IMG/VR virus record: IMGVR_UViG_2737471852_000004
From: a virus
Lineage: Duplodnaviria; Heunggongvirae; Uroviricota; Caudoviricetes
Strand: one strand, 5' to 3'
DNA length: 40,436 nucleotides
In this document: piece by piece, positions 7,915 to 17,250 of the stretch
How the letters are laid out: every line of letters begins with the position of its first letter
Numbering within the stretch: position 1 is the stretch's first letter
Made by a program: the position numbers and the translations under genes
Notes under the pieces: model-generated
What the model saw: the letters and a program-made list of their open reading frames with translations, nothing else
What the model was told of the DNA's origin: nothing
Databases searched by the model: none

Positions 7915-8052
7915 TTATTTATCCCACCAAGTTCCGTATTTATCTATCCAGTTACACCAATCATCGACACTCCATTTTGTTGTGTCGCATTTTGGCAATT
8001 GGCATGAATATCTACCTTCTTTGTAAAGTCGGCGTTTGACTTTCTTGAGCAT
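7915..8052 (-). CDS. Hypothetical small Cys/Trp-rich protein (45 aa)
   Basis: Below the ORF-track cutoff; ATG at 8052 has GAGGT 4 nt upstream; translation MLKKVKRRLYKEGRYSCQLPKCDTTKWSVDDWCNWIDKYGTWWDK. Confidence 0.35.
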   Translation of the reverse strand: MLKKVKRRLYKEGRYSCQLPKCDTTKWSVDDWCNWIDKYGTWWDK

Positions 8053-8170
8053 GACTACCTCAATCGTAATAAGCTGGAATTGATTTTCCGCGTTGCTTCT
8101 GGCGGCCTGAGCAGGTCACACCCATTTCACTGCGTGGCTTGCTGTAATAAATTCGGTTAGTTCAGACAAT

Positions 8171-8190
8171 AAAAAACCCACCGAAGTGGG
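8171..8190 (-). terminator. Intrinsic terminator on minus strand (stem CCCAC/GTGGG, loop TTCG, U7 tract)
   Basis: Minus-strand RNA reads CCCAC-TTCG-GTGGG-TTTTTTT directly after the stop of the 8191-8529 gene. Confidence 0.6.
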
Positions 8191-8529
8191 CTATGACCAT
8201 TTTTTATTTGGATTTCGTTGGTGAGCGTGATTAACAACTCTGTGCATTACATCCTCATATTTTTCATCTTCAATTTTTTCGACATCGCGAGGAAATGGTG
8301 TTGCTAATGCTTTGTCAACTTTATCCATTGGGTCTTCATTAATCTTATATTCAGGACCGTCATCTATAGCATTAAATCCAGGTGTTACACCGTTTTTTAA
8401 TGCATATGCTATCCTCTTTTCCCATCTCGCTATTCTCCTCCTGTCTCGAGATGTAAGACCTCTATCAGATACTTTTCTGTTTTGTCCGCGGTCAGGATTA
8501 ACATAAATAGTCTTTTTCACCATAAGCAT
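8191..8529 (-). CDS. Hypothetical basic protein (about 112 aa)
   Basis: ORF directly downstream of the N-like gene; start uncertain (ATG 8529 or 8523, or TTG 8535). Confidence 0.5.
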   Translation of the reverse strand: MLMVKKTIYVNPDRGQNRKVSDRGLTSRDRRRIARWEKRIAYALKNGVTPGFNAIDDGPEYKINEDPMDKVDKALATPFPRDVEKIEDEKYEDVMHRVVNHAHQRNPNKKWS

Positions 8530-8531
8530 AC

Positions 8532-8837
8532 TCAATAAGCACCGTACGGTAGTTTACCGTACAATTTTATTTTTTGGACTGCATGTATTTTGTTTCCTAA
8601 TGGGTTTGAATCTTTGTAATAAATACTTCTATTTTTTCGAACGACTTCTTCTTTCTTCTTGCAGCAAAGGATTCCTAGTGATGCTGCTTTGTCTGCTTTG
8701 ACGCAACCAGAGAGCTTTAGCGCAATTTTTCGCGCCAGTGCTTCATTACTGCGTCGCTCGGCAATAAGTTCTGCTCTGCGAGCTTTGTAGCGGCTTTTTG
8801 CCGTACCTTTGGATTCTTTCCAGACAATGGTTACCAT
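8532..8837 (-). CDS. N: N-like transcription antiterminator (arginine-rich motif), P22 gene 24 type
   Basis: First gene downstream of PL; N-terminus MVTIVWKESKGTAKSRYKARRAELIAERR is an arginine-rich motif; AAGGAG RBS at Met 8837. Confidence 0.55.
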   Translation of the reverse strand: MVTIVWKESKGTAKSRYKARRAELIAERRSNEALARKIALKLSGCVKADKAASLGILCCKKKEEVVRKNRSIYYKDSNPLGNKIHAVQKIKLYGKLPYGAY

Positions 8838-8947
8838 GATGGTCTCCTTTAAGTGGCTTTGGCGCATGACGCGTCGAGGTGCTTATCTTCTCGATCGCTG
8901 TCTTGCAGCTGCAATTCGCGCCATCCCCAAAACCACTCAAGTTCTGG

Positions 8948-8987
8948 TCTCAACGGTTAGGTTGAGAGTCCGTCGATGTTAAAGAGC
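8948..8987 (-). promoter_or_regulatory. Candidate nutL: boxA-like GCTCTTTAACA followed by a 7-bp-stem hairpin (boxB-like)
   Basis: Minus-strand RNA has GGCTCTTTAACA then TCTCAAC-CTAACC-GTTGAGA between PL and the N-like start. Confidence 0.4.
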
Positions 8988-9029
8988 CTGCCAATCTGTT
9001 CCGTTTGGCTTCCAGCGTCCTGCTGATGA

Positions 9030-9062
9030 CTTAAATTTAAGACTTCTTAATTTATTGGTCAA
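9030..9062 (-). promoter_or_regulatory. PL promoter (-35 TTGACC, 16-bp spacer, -10 TTAAAT) with overlapping repressor operator
   Basis: Hexamers read on minus strand; operator ATTTAAGACTTCTTAATT (9035-9052) has TTAAG half-sites of the P22-c2 type. Confidence 0.5.
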
Positions 9063-9130
9063 GTGCATTTTTGAAGAAAACTTAATTTTATGGGCGTGAA
9101 TTTAGTTTGTCTTTGATTTTTAACGGGAAA

Positions 9131-9153
9131 TAAAAAAGGGGCGAAAGCCCCTT
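9131..9153 (-). terminator. Intrinsic terminator at the 3' end of c2 (stem AAGGGGC/GCCCCTT, loop TTTC, U-tract)
   Basis: Minus-strand RNA reads AAGGGGC-TTTC-GCCCCTT-TTTTATTT, overlapping the c2 stop codon. Confidence 0.5.
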
Positions 9154-9802
9154 AAGGAAGGTTTGCTAGCTTGGCATCAACGACAACGCCAATGATTTTA
9201 CAGTTCCCATTGATTTCAATCATTGGGTATTGTGGATTGAGTGGTTTCAGGAATTTTCTACCGGCATCAATAACTAACTTTTTGAATGTCGCCTCGTTTT
9301 CTCCTTCAAGTTTGGCGACTACCAGCTTTCCATTACGTGGTTCGACTTCTGGGTCGACGAGAATAATCATCCCCTCAGGAATACTCAGTCCTGCCGGGGC
9401 AGTCATTGAGTCGCCTTTAACGTCGAGCCAAAAAGAGTCTTCAGAACAATCTACCGTTGTGTCGTACCAGTTATCTATTGCACGCCTATGATATGGCTCT
9501 ACAGCTTCCATCCAACATCCTGCGCTTACCCAACTAATTAGAGGATACGAACCTCTTGGATCATGCCTGCTGTGATAGGCAATGTTTGAAAGACTATCCT
9601 CTCCTTTCAACAGGTAATCAGGGGAGCACTGCAAAGCCTTGGCTAAGGCCAATAGGTTTTCGCCATTGGGCTCAGTTTCAGATCGCTCCCATTGGGAAAT
9701 AGCAACATTAGACACGCCAACCATCTTGCCAAGGGCAGCCTGCCTAATCTTGAGTTCTTTTCTGCGAGCGCGAATACGCTCACCCATCAGTTGTGTATTC
9801 AT
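9152..9802 (-). CDS. c2: Prophage repressor, P22 C2 type (HTH plus LexA-like S24 autopeptidase domain)
   Basis: 216 aa, MNTQLMGERIRARRKELKIRQAALGKMVGVSNVAISQWERSE...; near-identical to P22 c2 repressor as recalled. Confidence 0.95.
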   Translation of the reverse strand: MNTQLMGERIRARRKELKIRQAALGKMVGVSNVAISQWERSETEPNGENLLALAKALQCSPDYLLKGEDSLSNIAYHSRHDPRGSYPLISWVSAGCWMEAVEPYHRRAIDNWYDTTVDCSEDSFWLDVKGDSMTAPAGLSIPEGMIILVDPEVEPRNGKLVVAKLEGENEATFKKLVIDAGRKFLKPLNPQYPMIEINGNCKIIGVVVDAKLANLP

Positions 9803-9804
9803 AG

Positions 9805-9870
9805 TTAAGACATCTTAAATAAACTTGACTTAAGATTCCTTTGGTGGATAATTTAAGTGTTCTTTAATTT
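9805..9870 (+). promoter_or_regulatory. OR/PR region: -35 TTGACT (9825-9830), -10 GATAAT (9847-9852), plus 2-3 TTAAG-N4-CTTAA operators
   Basis: Operator-like dyads TTAAGACATCTTAAA (9806-9820) and TTAAGTGTTCTTTAA (9853-9867); cro ATG at 9883 with GGAG RBS. Confidence 0.6.
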
Positions 9871-9882
9871 CGGAGCGAGTCT

Positions 9883-10068
9883 ATGTACAAAAAAGATGTT
9901 ATTGACCACTTCGGAACCCAGCGTGCTGTTGCTAAAGCACTAGGCATTAGCGATGCAGCAGTCTCTCAGTGGAAAGAAGTTATCCCAGAGAAAGACGCCT
10001 ATCGATTGGAAATCGTTACAGCTGGCGCCCTGAAGTATCAAGAAAGTGCTTACCGCCAAGCGGCATAA
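9883..10068 (+). CDS. cro: Cro repressor (P22-type)
   Basis: 61 aa MYKKDVIDHFGTQRAVAKALGISDAAVSQWKEVIPEKD...; near-identical to P22 Cro as recalled; divergent from c2. Confidence 0.95.
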   Translation: MYKKDVIDHFGTQRAVAKALGISDAAVSQWKEVIPEKDAYRLEIVTAGALKYQESAYRQAA

Positions 10069-10075
10069 GCAAATT

Positions 10076-10114
10076 GCTCTTTAACAGTTCTGGCCTTCAC
10101 CTCTAATCGGGTGA
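10076..10114 (+). promoter_or_regulatory. Candidate nutR: boxA-like GCTCTTTAACA plus hairpin TCACC-TCTAATCG-GGTGA
   Basis: Same boxA core as the nutL candidate, just downstream of the cro stop. Confidence 0.4.
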
Positions 10115-10182
10115 GCAAACATCAGCGGCAAATCCACTGGGTATGCCGCTATAACTCCATATCAATATAGGAAAATTAACAA

Positions 10183-10479
10183 ATGGCACAAGCAAGCTAC
10201 AGCAAGCCAACACAGCGAGAAATTGATCGCGCTGAAACTGATTTACTCATCAACCTGTCAACGCTTACCCAGCGCGGTCTGGCAAAGATGATTGGCTGTC
10301 ATGAATCGAAGATAAGCAGAACGGACTGGAGATTTATTGCTTCGGTCTTGTGTGCTTTCGGAATGGCATCAGACATCAGTCCGATTAGCAGGGCTTTTAA
10401 GTATGCGCTTGATGAAATCACAAAGAAAAAATCCCCGGCTGCCACCGAGGATTTTAAGCAAATTGATATGCAATTCTGA
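10183..10479 (+). CDS. cII: CII-like transcriptional activator (P22 c1 equivalent)
   Basis: C-terminus ...KKKSPAATEDFKQIDMQF parallels lambda CII ...KKRPAATERSEQIQMEF; HTH region; located after cro. Confidence 0.8.
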   Translation: MAQASYSKPTQREIDRAETDLLINLSTLTQRGLAKMIGCHESKISRTDWRFIASVLCAFGMASDISPISRAFKYALDEITKKKSPAATEDFKQIDMQF

Positions 10480-10511
10480 GGGAATTACTGGATCAATCCA
10501 CAGGAGTAATT

Positions 10512-10673
10512 ATGACAAAACGTCGTAAGAAATACCAGGAAAAAGAAGAGATTCGACACCCTGATTCACCTGAGGGATTAGTGGTAGCCGCAGCAAATAA
10601 CAGGGCGTTCGCAGAGCGCCTTGTTGGTGTTTACAGACTAGCCAAAGCAGGAGTGAAACATGGGCGTCGTTAA
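10512..10673 (+). CDS. Small basic ORF (53 aa) between cII and O
   Basis: AGGAG RBS 5 nt upstream of ATG; overlaps the O start by 14 nt; no homology recognised. Confidence 0.3.
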   Translation: MTKRRKKYQEKEEIRHPDSPEGLVVAAANNRAFAERLVGVYRLAKAGVKHGRR

Positions 10674-11481
10674 GTTAGCTGATTACAGGCCTCAACTGGA
10701 GGTCGTGGAGCATCGCGTGGCAGATACCGAAGATGGCTTCATGCGCGTTGCTAACGAGATTACCGACAGTCTGCTGATGGCTGATTTAACCGTCCGGCAG
10801 CTGAAGGTGATGCTCGCTATCATGCGCAAGACATACGGATTCAATAAGCCGATGGATCGACTCACAAACACGCAGATAGCAGCCATGACAGGTATTCATC
10901 ACACTCATGTTTGCGCTGCCAAGCGCCAGCTTATTGAGCGTAAATTCCTCATTGCTGATGGCGTGAAAATCGGAGTGAACAAGGTGGTTTCTCAGTGGAT
11001 TAGCCAGGACAGCTTAACATTAGCTAAAACAGCTAATAAAACATTAGCCAAGTCGGCTAATGGGTATAAGCCAAGTCAGCTAAACACAAAAGACAATATA
11101 CAAAAGACAATAAATACAAATACCCCCTTACCCCCTAACGGGGGTGGCGATGGGCAGGTTAAACCTGAACGTCGCAAGGCAGAACGAATCGACTACGAAT
11201 CCTTCCTGAACGCCTACAACACCGAAGTCGGTGACAGACTTCCACATGCTGTTGCGGTCAACGAGAAACGCAAACGCCGCCTGAAGAAAATCATCCCGCA
11301 ACTGAAAACGCCAAACGTGGACGGTTTCAGAGCGTATGTCAGGGCGTTTGTGCATCAGGCCAAGCCGTTTTACTTCGGAGACAACGACACGGGCTGGACG
11401 GCAGATTTTGATTACCTGCTGAGGGAAGACTCGTTAACGGGAGTTCGGGAAGGGAAGTTTGCAGACAGGGGGATTGCATGA
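10660..11481 (+). CDS. O: Replication initiator O-like protein (P22 gene 18 type)
   Basis: N-terminal domain ...[38 protein letters not shown] parallels lambda O; iteron array inside the gene. Confidence 0.85.
   Translation: MGVVKLADYRPQLEVVEHRVADTEDGFMRVANEITDSLLMADLTVRQLKVMLAIMRKTYGFNKPMDRLTNTQIAAMTGIHHTHVCAAKRQLIERKFLIADGVKIGVNKVVSQWISQDSLTLAKTANKTLAKSANGYKPSQLNTKDNIQKTINTNTPLPPNGGGDGQVKPERRKAERIDYESFLNAYNTEVGDRLPHAVAVNEKRKRRLKKIIPQLKTPNVDGFRAYVRAFVHQAKPFYFGDNDTGWTADFDYLLREDSLTGVREGKFADRGIA
11001..11125 (+). repeat. Candidate origin of replication: four about 16-bp iterons with internal dyad symmetry, then an A-rich tract
   Basis: TAGCCAGGACAGCTTA (11001), TAGCTAAAACAGCTAA (11021), TAGCCAAGTCGGCTAA (11045), AAGCCAAGTCAGCTAA (11067), then ACAAAAGACAATA x2; inside the O linker region as in ori-lambda. 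Confidence 0.55.
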
Positions 11482-12854
11482 GACAGGATATCGAAGCGAG
11501 CGTTATCGGTGGACTGCTGATTGGTGGATTAACACCAACCGCCAGCGACGTTCTGGCAACGCTGGAGCCGGAAGCGTTTTCAATTCCGCTCTACCGGAAA
11601 GCCTTCGAGGTTATTCGCAAGCAGGCGAGAAACAGAAACCTAATCGATGCGCTGATGGTTGCCGAGGCGTGCGGAGAGGAGCATTTCACGTCAATCCTGA
11701 TGACCAGCAAAAACTGCCCGAGTGCCGCAAACCTGAAGGGATATGCCGGAATGGTCGCGGATAACTATCACCGCCGTCTGGTGCTGGAAATCATGGATGA
11801 AATGCGTGAACCAATCCAAAGCGGAACCATCGACGCATCGAGTCAGGCGATGGATGAACTTGTAAAGCGTCTTTCAGCCATCAGAAAGCCCCGTGACGAG
11901 GTTAAACCTGTACGGTTAGGGGAAATCATTACTGACTACACTGACACGCTTGACAGGCGTCTGAGGAACGGAGAAGAGTCAGATACCCTGAAGACCGGAA
12001 TCGAAGAACTTGATGCCATCACCGGAGGGATGAACGCGGAAGACCTGGTGATAATCGCTGCTCGTCCTGGTATGGGGAAAACCGAACTGGCGCTGAAGAT
12101 TGCCGAAGGCGTTGCAAGCCGCGTTATTCCTGGTTCTGACGTCCGGCGCGGGGTATTGATTTTCTCAATGGAAATGAGCGCATTGCAGATTGCAGAGCGA
12201 AGCATTGCCAACGCCGGGAGGATGTCGGTTAGCGTACTGCGAAATCCTGCATCGATGGATGACGAAGGCTGGGCGCGTGTTGCTAACGGCATAAGTCAGC
12301 TTGCAGATTTGGATGTATGGGTAGTCGATGCCTCGCGGTTATCGGTCGAAGAAATACGCTCAATCGCAGAACGGCACAAACAGGAAAATCCAAACCTGTC
12401 ACTAATCATGGTGGATTATCTTGGCCTGATTGAGAAGCCGAAAGCAGATCGCAACGACCTCGCAATTGCTCACATCTCCGGAAGCCTGAAGGCGATGGCG
12501 AAAGACCTGAAAACGCCTGTTATCTCCCTGAGTCAGCTTTCGCGCGATGTTGAGAAGCGACCAAACAAACGCCCGACAAACGCAGATTTGCGTGATTCAG
12601 GAAGCATTGAACAGGACGCAGACTCAATCATCATGCTCTATCGGGAAGCGGTATATGACGAGAACAGTAGCGCCGCGCCATTTGCTGAAATCATCGTGAC
12701 GAAAAACCGTTTTGGCTCGCTTGGTACGGTTTACCAGCGGTTCTGCAACGGACACTTTGTTGCATGTGACCAGGATGAAGCCAGACAGATTTGCACAGCA
12801 TCAAATGCACCTGCTGCACGTGGCAGACGATATGCACAAGGGGCTGACGTATGA
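11478..12854 (+). CDS. Replicative DNA helicase, DnaB family (P22 gene 12 type)
   Basis: 458 aa; Walker [10 protein letters not shown], DnaB-like motifs; ATG overlaps O stop (ATGA). Confidence 0.9.
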   Translation: MRQDIEASVIGGLLIGGLTPTASDVLATLEPEAFSIPLYRKAFEVIRKQARNRNLIDALMVAEACGEEHFTSILMTSKNCPSAANLKGYAGMVADNYHRRLVLEIMDEMREPIQSGTIDASSQAMDELVKRLSAIRKPRDEVKPVRLGEIITDYTDTLDRRLRNGEESDTLKTGIEELDAITGGMNAEDLVIIAARPGMGKTELALKIAEGVASRVIPGSDVRRGVLIFSMEMSALQIAERSIANAGRMSVSVLRNPASMDDEGWARVANGISQLADLDVWVVDASRLSVEEIRSIAERHKQENPNLSLIMVDYLGLIEKPKADRNDLAIAHISGSLKAMAKDLKTPVISLSQLSRDVEKRPNKRPTNADLRDSGSIEQDADSIIMLYREAVYDENSSAAPFAEIIVTKNRFGSLGTVYQRFCNGHFVACDQDEARQICTASNAPAARGRRYAQGADV

Positions 12855-12927
12855 CCATCTACATCACTGAGCTAATAACAGGCCTGCTGGTAATCGCAGG
12901 CCTTTTTATTTGGGGGAGAGGGAAGTC

Positions 12928-13368
12928 ATGAAAAAGCTAACCTTTGAAATTCGATCTCCAGCACATCAGCAAAACGCTATTCACGCAGTACAGCAAATCC
13001 TTCCAGACCCAACCAAGCCAATCGTAGTAACCATTCAGGAACGCAACCGCAGCTTAGACCAAAACAGAAAGCTATGGGCCTGCTTAGGTGACGTCTCGCG
13101 TCAGGTTGAATGGCATGGTCGCTGGCTGGATGCAGAAAGCTGGAAGTGTGTGTTTACCGCAGCCTTAAAGCAGCAGGACGTTGTTCCTAACCTTGCCGGG
13201 AATGGCTTTGTGGTAATAGGCCAGTCAACCAGCAGGATGCGGGTAGGCGAATTTGCGGAGCTATTAGAGCTTATACAGGCATTCGGTACAGAACGTGGCG
13301 TTAAGTGGTCAGACGAAGCGAGACTGGCTCTGGAGTGGAAAGCGAGATGGGGAGATCGGGCTGCATGA
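12928..13368 (+). CDS. ninB: NinB-like recombination protein
   Basis: MKKLTFEIRSPAHQQNAIHAVQQILPD... matches lambda NinB as recalled; GGGAGAGGGAAG RBS. Confidence 0.8.
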   Translation: MKKLTFEIRSPAHQQNAIHAVQQILPDPTKPIVVTIQERNRSLDQNRKLWACLGDVSRQVEWHGRWLDAESWKCVFTAALKQQDVVPNLAGNGFVVIGQSTSRMRVGEFAELLELIQAFGTERGVKWSDEARLALEWKARWGDRAA

Positions 13369-13892
13369 CTATCAAATCAAATACGCCAGCACACGACAAG
13401 GACTGCTGGCAAACGCCGCTTTGGCTTTTTGATGCACTGGATATTGAGTTTGGATTCTGGCTGGATTCGGCAGCGAGCGACAAAAATGCTCTGTGTGCTC
13501 ACTGGCTAACTGAGGCCGACGACGCGCTCAATTCTGAGTGGGTAAGCCACGGTGCAATCTGGAATAACCCACCGTACAGCAATATCAGGCCGTGGGTGGA
13601 AAAAGCCGCTGAGCAGTGCATACAACAGCGACAGACGGTAGTTATGCTTGTGCCAGAGGATATGTCAGTCGGATGGTTCAGCAAGGCTCTGGAGAGTGTC
13701 GACGAAGTTCGCATTATCACTGATGGACGGATTAATTTTATCGAACCATCGACAGGGCTGGAGAAGAAGGGAAACAGCAAAGGTTCCATGCTGCTGATTT
13801 GGCGACCGTTCATCAGTCCTCGACGGATGTTTACTACCGTATCCAAAGCGGCATTGATGGCGATCGGGCAGGGCGTCAGGAGGGCGGCATGA
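13365..13892 (+). CDS. Phage DNA N6-adenine methyltransferase (Dam-like, NPPY motif)
   Basis: Catalytic IWNNPPYSN motif; ATG overlaps ninB stop; no cognate restriction endonuclease gene seen nearby. Confidence 0.75.
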   Translation: MTIKSNTPAHDKDCWQTPLWLFDALDIEFGFWLDSAASDKNALCAHWLTEADDALNSEWVSHGAIWNNPPYSNIRPWVEKAAEQCIQQRQTVVMLVPEDMSVGWFSKALESVDEVRIITDGRINFIEPSTGLEKKGNSKGSMLLIWRPFISPRRMFTTVSKAALMAIGQGVRRAA

Positions 13893-14065
13893 GACGACAG
13901 CGACGAAGCATCACCGACATCATCTGCGAAAACTGCAAATACCTTCCAACGAAACGCTCCAGAAATAAACGCAAGCCAATCCCAAAAGAATCTGACGTAA
14001 AAACCTTCAATTACACGGCTCACCTGTGGGATATCCGGTGGCTAAGACATCGTGCGAGGAAATGA
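13889..14065 (+). CDS. ninE: NinE-like protein
   Basis: 58 aa [30 protein letters not shown]...; position and sequence fit lambda NinE as recalled; ATGA overlap with upstream stop. Confidence 0.6.
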   Translation: MRRQRRSITDIICENCKYLPTKRSRNKRKPIPKESDVKTFNYTAHLWDIRWLRHRARK

Positions 14066-14421
14066 CAATGGATTATTCACAGTTAAGTGATTTTGAAATT
14101 AACAAGCGAGTGGCAATTTGCTGTGGATTTGCTCCCGAAGATTGCGAAATCGCAAAGTTGGGAACATCAATCGTTGGTGTTGAGTGGGATGACGAAACTG
14201 GTTATGCAATAAAAACGGTTGATTACTGTAAAAGCCCATCAGACGCAGAGCCGATTATCGTAGAGAACAGAATTGGCATTATTCCAGCGCCAGAAAATGG
14301 ATTATGGAAGGCAGCGCATAGAAAAGTTGGCAGTGATAGTACCCCATATCATATGACTCAAGATGAAAACCCACTCCGCGCTGCCATGATTGTCTTTCTC
14401 ATGATGCAGAGAATCCAATAA
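14062..14421 (+). CDS. Nin-region hypothetical protein (NinX-like)
   Basis: ORF translationally coupled between NinE and NinF; start at 14062 or 14068. Confidence 0.45.
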   Translation: MTMDYSQLSDFEINKRVAICCGFAPEDCEIAKLGTSIVGVEWDDETGYAIKTVDYCKSPSDAEPIIVENRIGIIPAPENGLWKAAHRKVGSDSTPYHMTQDENPLRAAMIVFLMMQRIQ

Positions 14422-14597
14422 TGCTTAGCCCATCCCAATCCATTCAATACCAGAAAGAAAGCGTCGAGCGAGCTTTAACGTGCGCTAACTGCGGTCAGAA
14501 GCTGCATGTGCTGGAAGTTCACGTGTGTGAGCACTGCTGCGCAGAGCTGATGAGCGATCCGAATAGCTCAATGTACGAGGAAGAAGACGATGAGTGA
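14421..14597 (+). CDS. ninF: NinF-like small Cys-rich protein
   Basis: 58 aa with CANCGQ...CEHCC Cys motifs; TAATG coupling; below the ORF-track cutoff. Confidence 0.5.
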   Translation: MLSPSQSIQYQKESVERALTCANCGQKLHVLEVHVCEHCCAELMSDPNSSMYEEEDDE

Positions 14598-14859
14598 TTT
14601 CTCTGAGCTTATTTCCTTCAAAAAAGACAGAGAAGAAATGCGGACTGAATCTGTCTATTACGTTCAACACCGGAATAAACGCTCTGTGCTTGATCAGGAG
14701 CTGGTTATTACCGGAGACCTGGCATTCAGAACATATAAGGCCAGCATGGAAATGAAGGATTTCCCTAAATGTGGTTCTGAAAGAGAAGCCGCGTTAAAGC
14801 TGGCAGAGTGGATGCAGAGAATGGCTGCTGCAATTGAGAATTACTGGAGCGAACCATAA
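14590..14859 (+). CDS. Nin-region hypothetical protein (89 aa)
   Basis: ORF overlaps NinF stop and precedes NinG. Confidence 0.5.
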   Translation: MSDFSELISFKKDREEMRTESVYYVQHRNKRSVLDQELVITGDLAFRTYKASMEMKDFPKCGSEREAALKLAEWMQRMAAAIENYWSEP

Positions 14860-15470
14860 TGGCTAAACCAGCGCGAAGACGATGTAAAAACGATGAATGC
14901 CGGGAATGGTTTCACCCTGCATTCGCTAATCAGTGGTGGTGCTCTCCAGAGTGTGGAACCAAGATAGCACTCGAACGACGAAGCAAAGAACGCGAAAAAG
15001 CGGAAAAAGCAGCAGAGAAGAAACGACGACGAGAGGAGCAGAAACAGAAAGATAAACTTAAGATTCGAAAACTCGCCTTAAAGCCCCGCAGTTACTGGAT
15101 TAAACAAGCCCAACAAGCCGTAAACGCCTTCATCAGAGAAAGAGACCGCGACTTACCATGTATCTCGTGCGGAACGCTCACGTCTGCTCAGTGGGATGCC
15201 GGACATTACCGGACAACTGCTGCGGCACCTCAACTCCGATTTGATGAACGCAATATTCACAAGCAATGCGTGGTGTGCAACCAGCACAAAAGCGGAAATC
15301 TCGTTCCGTATCGCGTCGAACTGATTAATCGCATCGGGCAGGAAGCAGTAGACGAAATCGAATCAAACCATAACCGCCATCGCTGGACTGTCGAAGAGTG
15401 CAGGGCCATCAAGGCGGAGTATCAGCAGAAACTCAAAGACCTGCGAAATAGCAGAAGTGAGGCCGCATGA
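14859..15470 (+). CDS. ninG: NinG/Rap-like recombination endonuclease
   Basis: 203 aa with N-terminal Cys cluster [10 protein letters not shown]...CSPECG and basic coiled region; matches lambda NinG as recalled. Confidence 0.8.
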   Translation: MAKPARRRCKNDECREWFHPAFANQWWCSPECGTKIALERRSKEREKAEKAAEKKRRREEQKQKDKLKIRKLALKPRSYWIKQAQQAVNAFIRERDRDLPCISCGTLTSAQWDAGHYRTTAAAPQLRFDERNIHKQCVVCNQHKSGNLVPYRVELINRIGQEAVDEIESNHNRHRWTVEECRAIKAEYQQKLKDLRNSRSEAA

Positions 15471-15673
15471 CGTTCTCAGTAAAAACCATTCCAGACATGC
15501 TCGTTGAAGCATACGGAAACCAGACAGAAGTAGCACGCAGACTGAAATGTAGTCGCGGTACGGTCAGAAAATACGTTGATGATAAAGACGGGAAAATGCA
15601 CGCCATCGTCAACGACGTTCTCATGGTTCATCGCGGATGGAGTGAAAGAGATGCGCTATTACGAAAAAATTGA
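15467..15673 (+). CDS. ninH: NinH-like protein
   Basis: 68 aa [37 protein letters not shown]... (HTH-like); matches lambda NinH as recalled. Confidence 0.7.
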   Translation: MTFSVKTIPDMLVEAYGNQTEVARRLKCSRGTVRKYVDDKDGKMHAIVNDVLMVHRGWSERDALLRKN

Positions 15674-16316
15674 TGGCAGCAAATACCGAAATATTTGGGT
15701 AGTTGGCGATCTGCACGGATGCTACACGAACCTGATGAAAAAACTGGAGACGATAGGATTCGACACCAAAAAAGACCTGCTTATCTCGGTTGGCGATTTG
15801 GTCGATCGCGGTACAGAGAATGTCGAATGCCTGGAATTAATCACATTCCCCTGGTTCAGAGCTGTACGTGGAAACCATGAGCAAATGATGATTGATGGCT
15901 TATCAGAGCGTGGAAACGTCAATCACTGGCTGCTTAATGGCGGTGGCTGGTTCTTTAATCTCGATTACGACAAAGAAATTCTGGCTAAAGCTCTTGCCCA
16001 TAAAGCAGATGAACTTCCGTTAATCATCGAACTGGTGAGCAAAGATAAAAAATATGTTATCTGCCACGCCGATTATCCTTGTGACGAATACGAGTTTGGA
16101 AAGCCAGTTGATCATCAGCAGGTAATCTGGAACCGCGAACGAATCAGCAACTCACAAGACGGGATCGTGAAAGAAATCAAAGGCGCGGACACGTTCATCT
16201 TTGGTCATACGCCAGCAGTGAAACCACTCAAATTTGCCAACCAGATGTATATCGATACTGGGGCAGTGTTCTGCGGAAATCTCACATTGATTCAGGTACA
16301 GGGAGAAGGCGCATGA
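15651..16316 (+). CDS. Ser/Thr protein phosphatase (lambda PPase / NinI type)
   Basis: 221 aa from [24 protein letters not shown]...; metallophosphatase motifs GDLHG, GDLVDRG, GNHE. Confidence 0.9.
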   Translation: MRYYEKIDGSKYRNIWVVGDLHGCYTNLMKKLETIGFDTKKDLLISVGDLVDRGTENVECLELITFPWFRAVRGNHEQMMIDGLSERGNVNHWLLNGGGWFFNLDYDKEILAKALAHKADELPLIIELVSKDKKYVICHADYPCDEYEFGKPVDHQQVIWNRERISNSQDGIVKEIKGADTFIFGHTPAVKPLKFANQMYIDTGAVFCGNLTLIQVQGEGA

Positions 16317-16936
16317 GACTCGAAAGCGTGGCTAAATTTCATTCGCCAAAAAGCCCGATGATGAGTGACTCACCACGGGCCACGGCTTCTGACTCTCTTT
16401 CCGGTACTGATGTGATGGCTGCTATGGGGATGGCGCAATCACAAGCCGGATTCGGAATGGCTGCATTCTGTGGTAAGCACGAACTCAGCCAGAACGACAA
16501 ACAAAAGGCTATCAACTATCTGATGCAATTTGCACACAAGGTATCGGGGAAATACCGTGGCGTTGCAAAGCTTGAAGGAAATACTAAGGCAAAGGTACTG
16601 CAAGTGCTCGCAACATTCGCTTATGCTGATTATTGCCGTAGTGCCGCGACGCCGGGCGCAAGATGCAGAGATTGCCACGGTACAGGTCGGGCGGTTGATA
16701 TTGCCAAAACAGAGCAGTGGGGGAGAGTTGTTGAGAAAGAATGCGGAAGATGCAAAGGTGTCGGCTATTCAAGAATGCCAGCAAGCGCCGCATATCGCGC
16801 TGTGACGATGCTAATCCCAAACCTTACCCAACCCACCTGGTCACGCACTGTTAAGCCGCTGTATGACGCTCTGGTGGTGCAATGCCACAAGGAAGAGTCA
16901 ATCGCAGACAACATTTTGAACGCGGTCACACGTTAG
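16313..16936 (+). CDS. Q: Late-gene antiterminator Q (lambda type)
   Basis: 207 aa [34 protein letters not shown]...; essentially lambda Q as recalled. Confidence 0.9.
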   Translation: MRLESVAKFHSPKSPMMSDSPRATASDSLSGTDVMAAMGMAQSQAGFGMAAFCGKHELSQNDKQKAINYLMQFAHKVSGKYRGVAKLEGNTKAKVLQVLATFAYADYCRSAATPGARCRDCHGTGRAVDIAKTEQWGRVVEKECGRCKGVGYSRMPASAAYRAVTMLIPNLTQPTWSRTVKPLYDALVVQCHKEESIADNILNAVTR

Positions 16937-16978
16937 CAGCATGATTGCCACGGATGGCAACATATTAACGGCATAATA

Positions 16979-17007
16979 TTGACTTTTTGAATAAAGTTGG
17001 GTAAATT
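16979..17007 (+). promoter_or_regulatory. Late promoter PR' (-35 TTGACT, 17-bp spacer, -10 TAAATT) with presumed qut site
   Basis: Hexamers read directly 43 nt after the Q stop; arrangement as in lambda PR'. Confidence 0.55.
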
Positions 17008-17042
17008 TGACTCAACGATGGATAAATGCACTCGTTAAATAA

Positions 17043-17072
17043 AGCCCTGAGTTAATAGCTCGGGGCTTTTTG
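17043..17072 (+). terminator. Intrinsic terminator about 35 nt downstream of PR' (9-bp stem with one G-U pair, loop TTAATA, U5)
   Basis: AGCCCTGAG-TTAATA-CTCGGGGCT-TTTTT read on plus strand. Confidence 0.55.
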
Positions 17073-17215
17073 CGTTTTAATCACGACCTTTCTGAAAGCA
17101 CATCAAACCAAATACCAGACAGACAAAAATAATCACCTTATCCGCTGTGGCTACGGTGCGGTGTGTTTTGCATAAAAGAAAACCAGCGCAATGGCTGGCT
17201 TCGTGAAAGCGGGTG

Positions 17216-17250
17216 GCAAGAGGTTGCGCTAACAACCTCCTGCCGTTTTT
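17216..17250 (+). terminator. Second intrinsic terminator upstream of S (10-bp stem with one mismatch, loop GCGCTAACA, U5)
   Basis: GCAAGAGGTT-GCGCTAACA-AACCTCCTGC-CGTTTTT read on plus strand. Confidence 0.55.

Noticed and set aside
8746-8940. 64-aa minus-strand ORF overlapping the N-like gene start and nutL region
   Set aside because: Overlaps the N-like gene in another frame and runs through the nut/promoter-proximal region; no RBS; likely spurious.
10122-10150. Hairpin AGCGGCA-N13-TGCCGCT downstream of the nutR candidate, considered as tR1
   Set aside because: No U-tract follows on the plus strand; cannot be called an intrinsic terminator. It might be Rho-dependent, but that cannot be judged from sequence alone.
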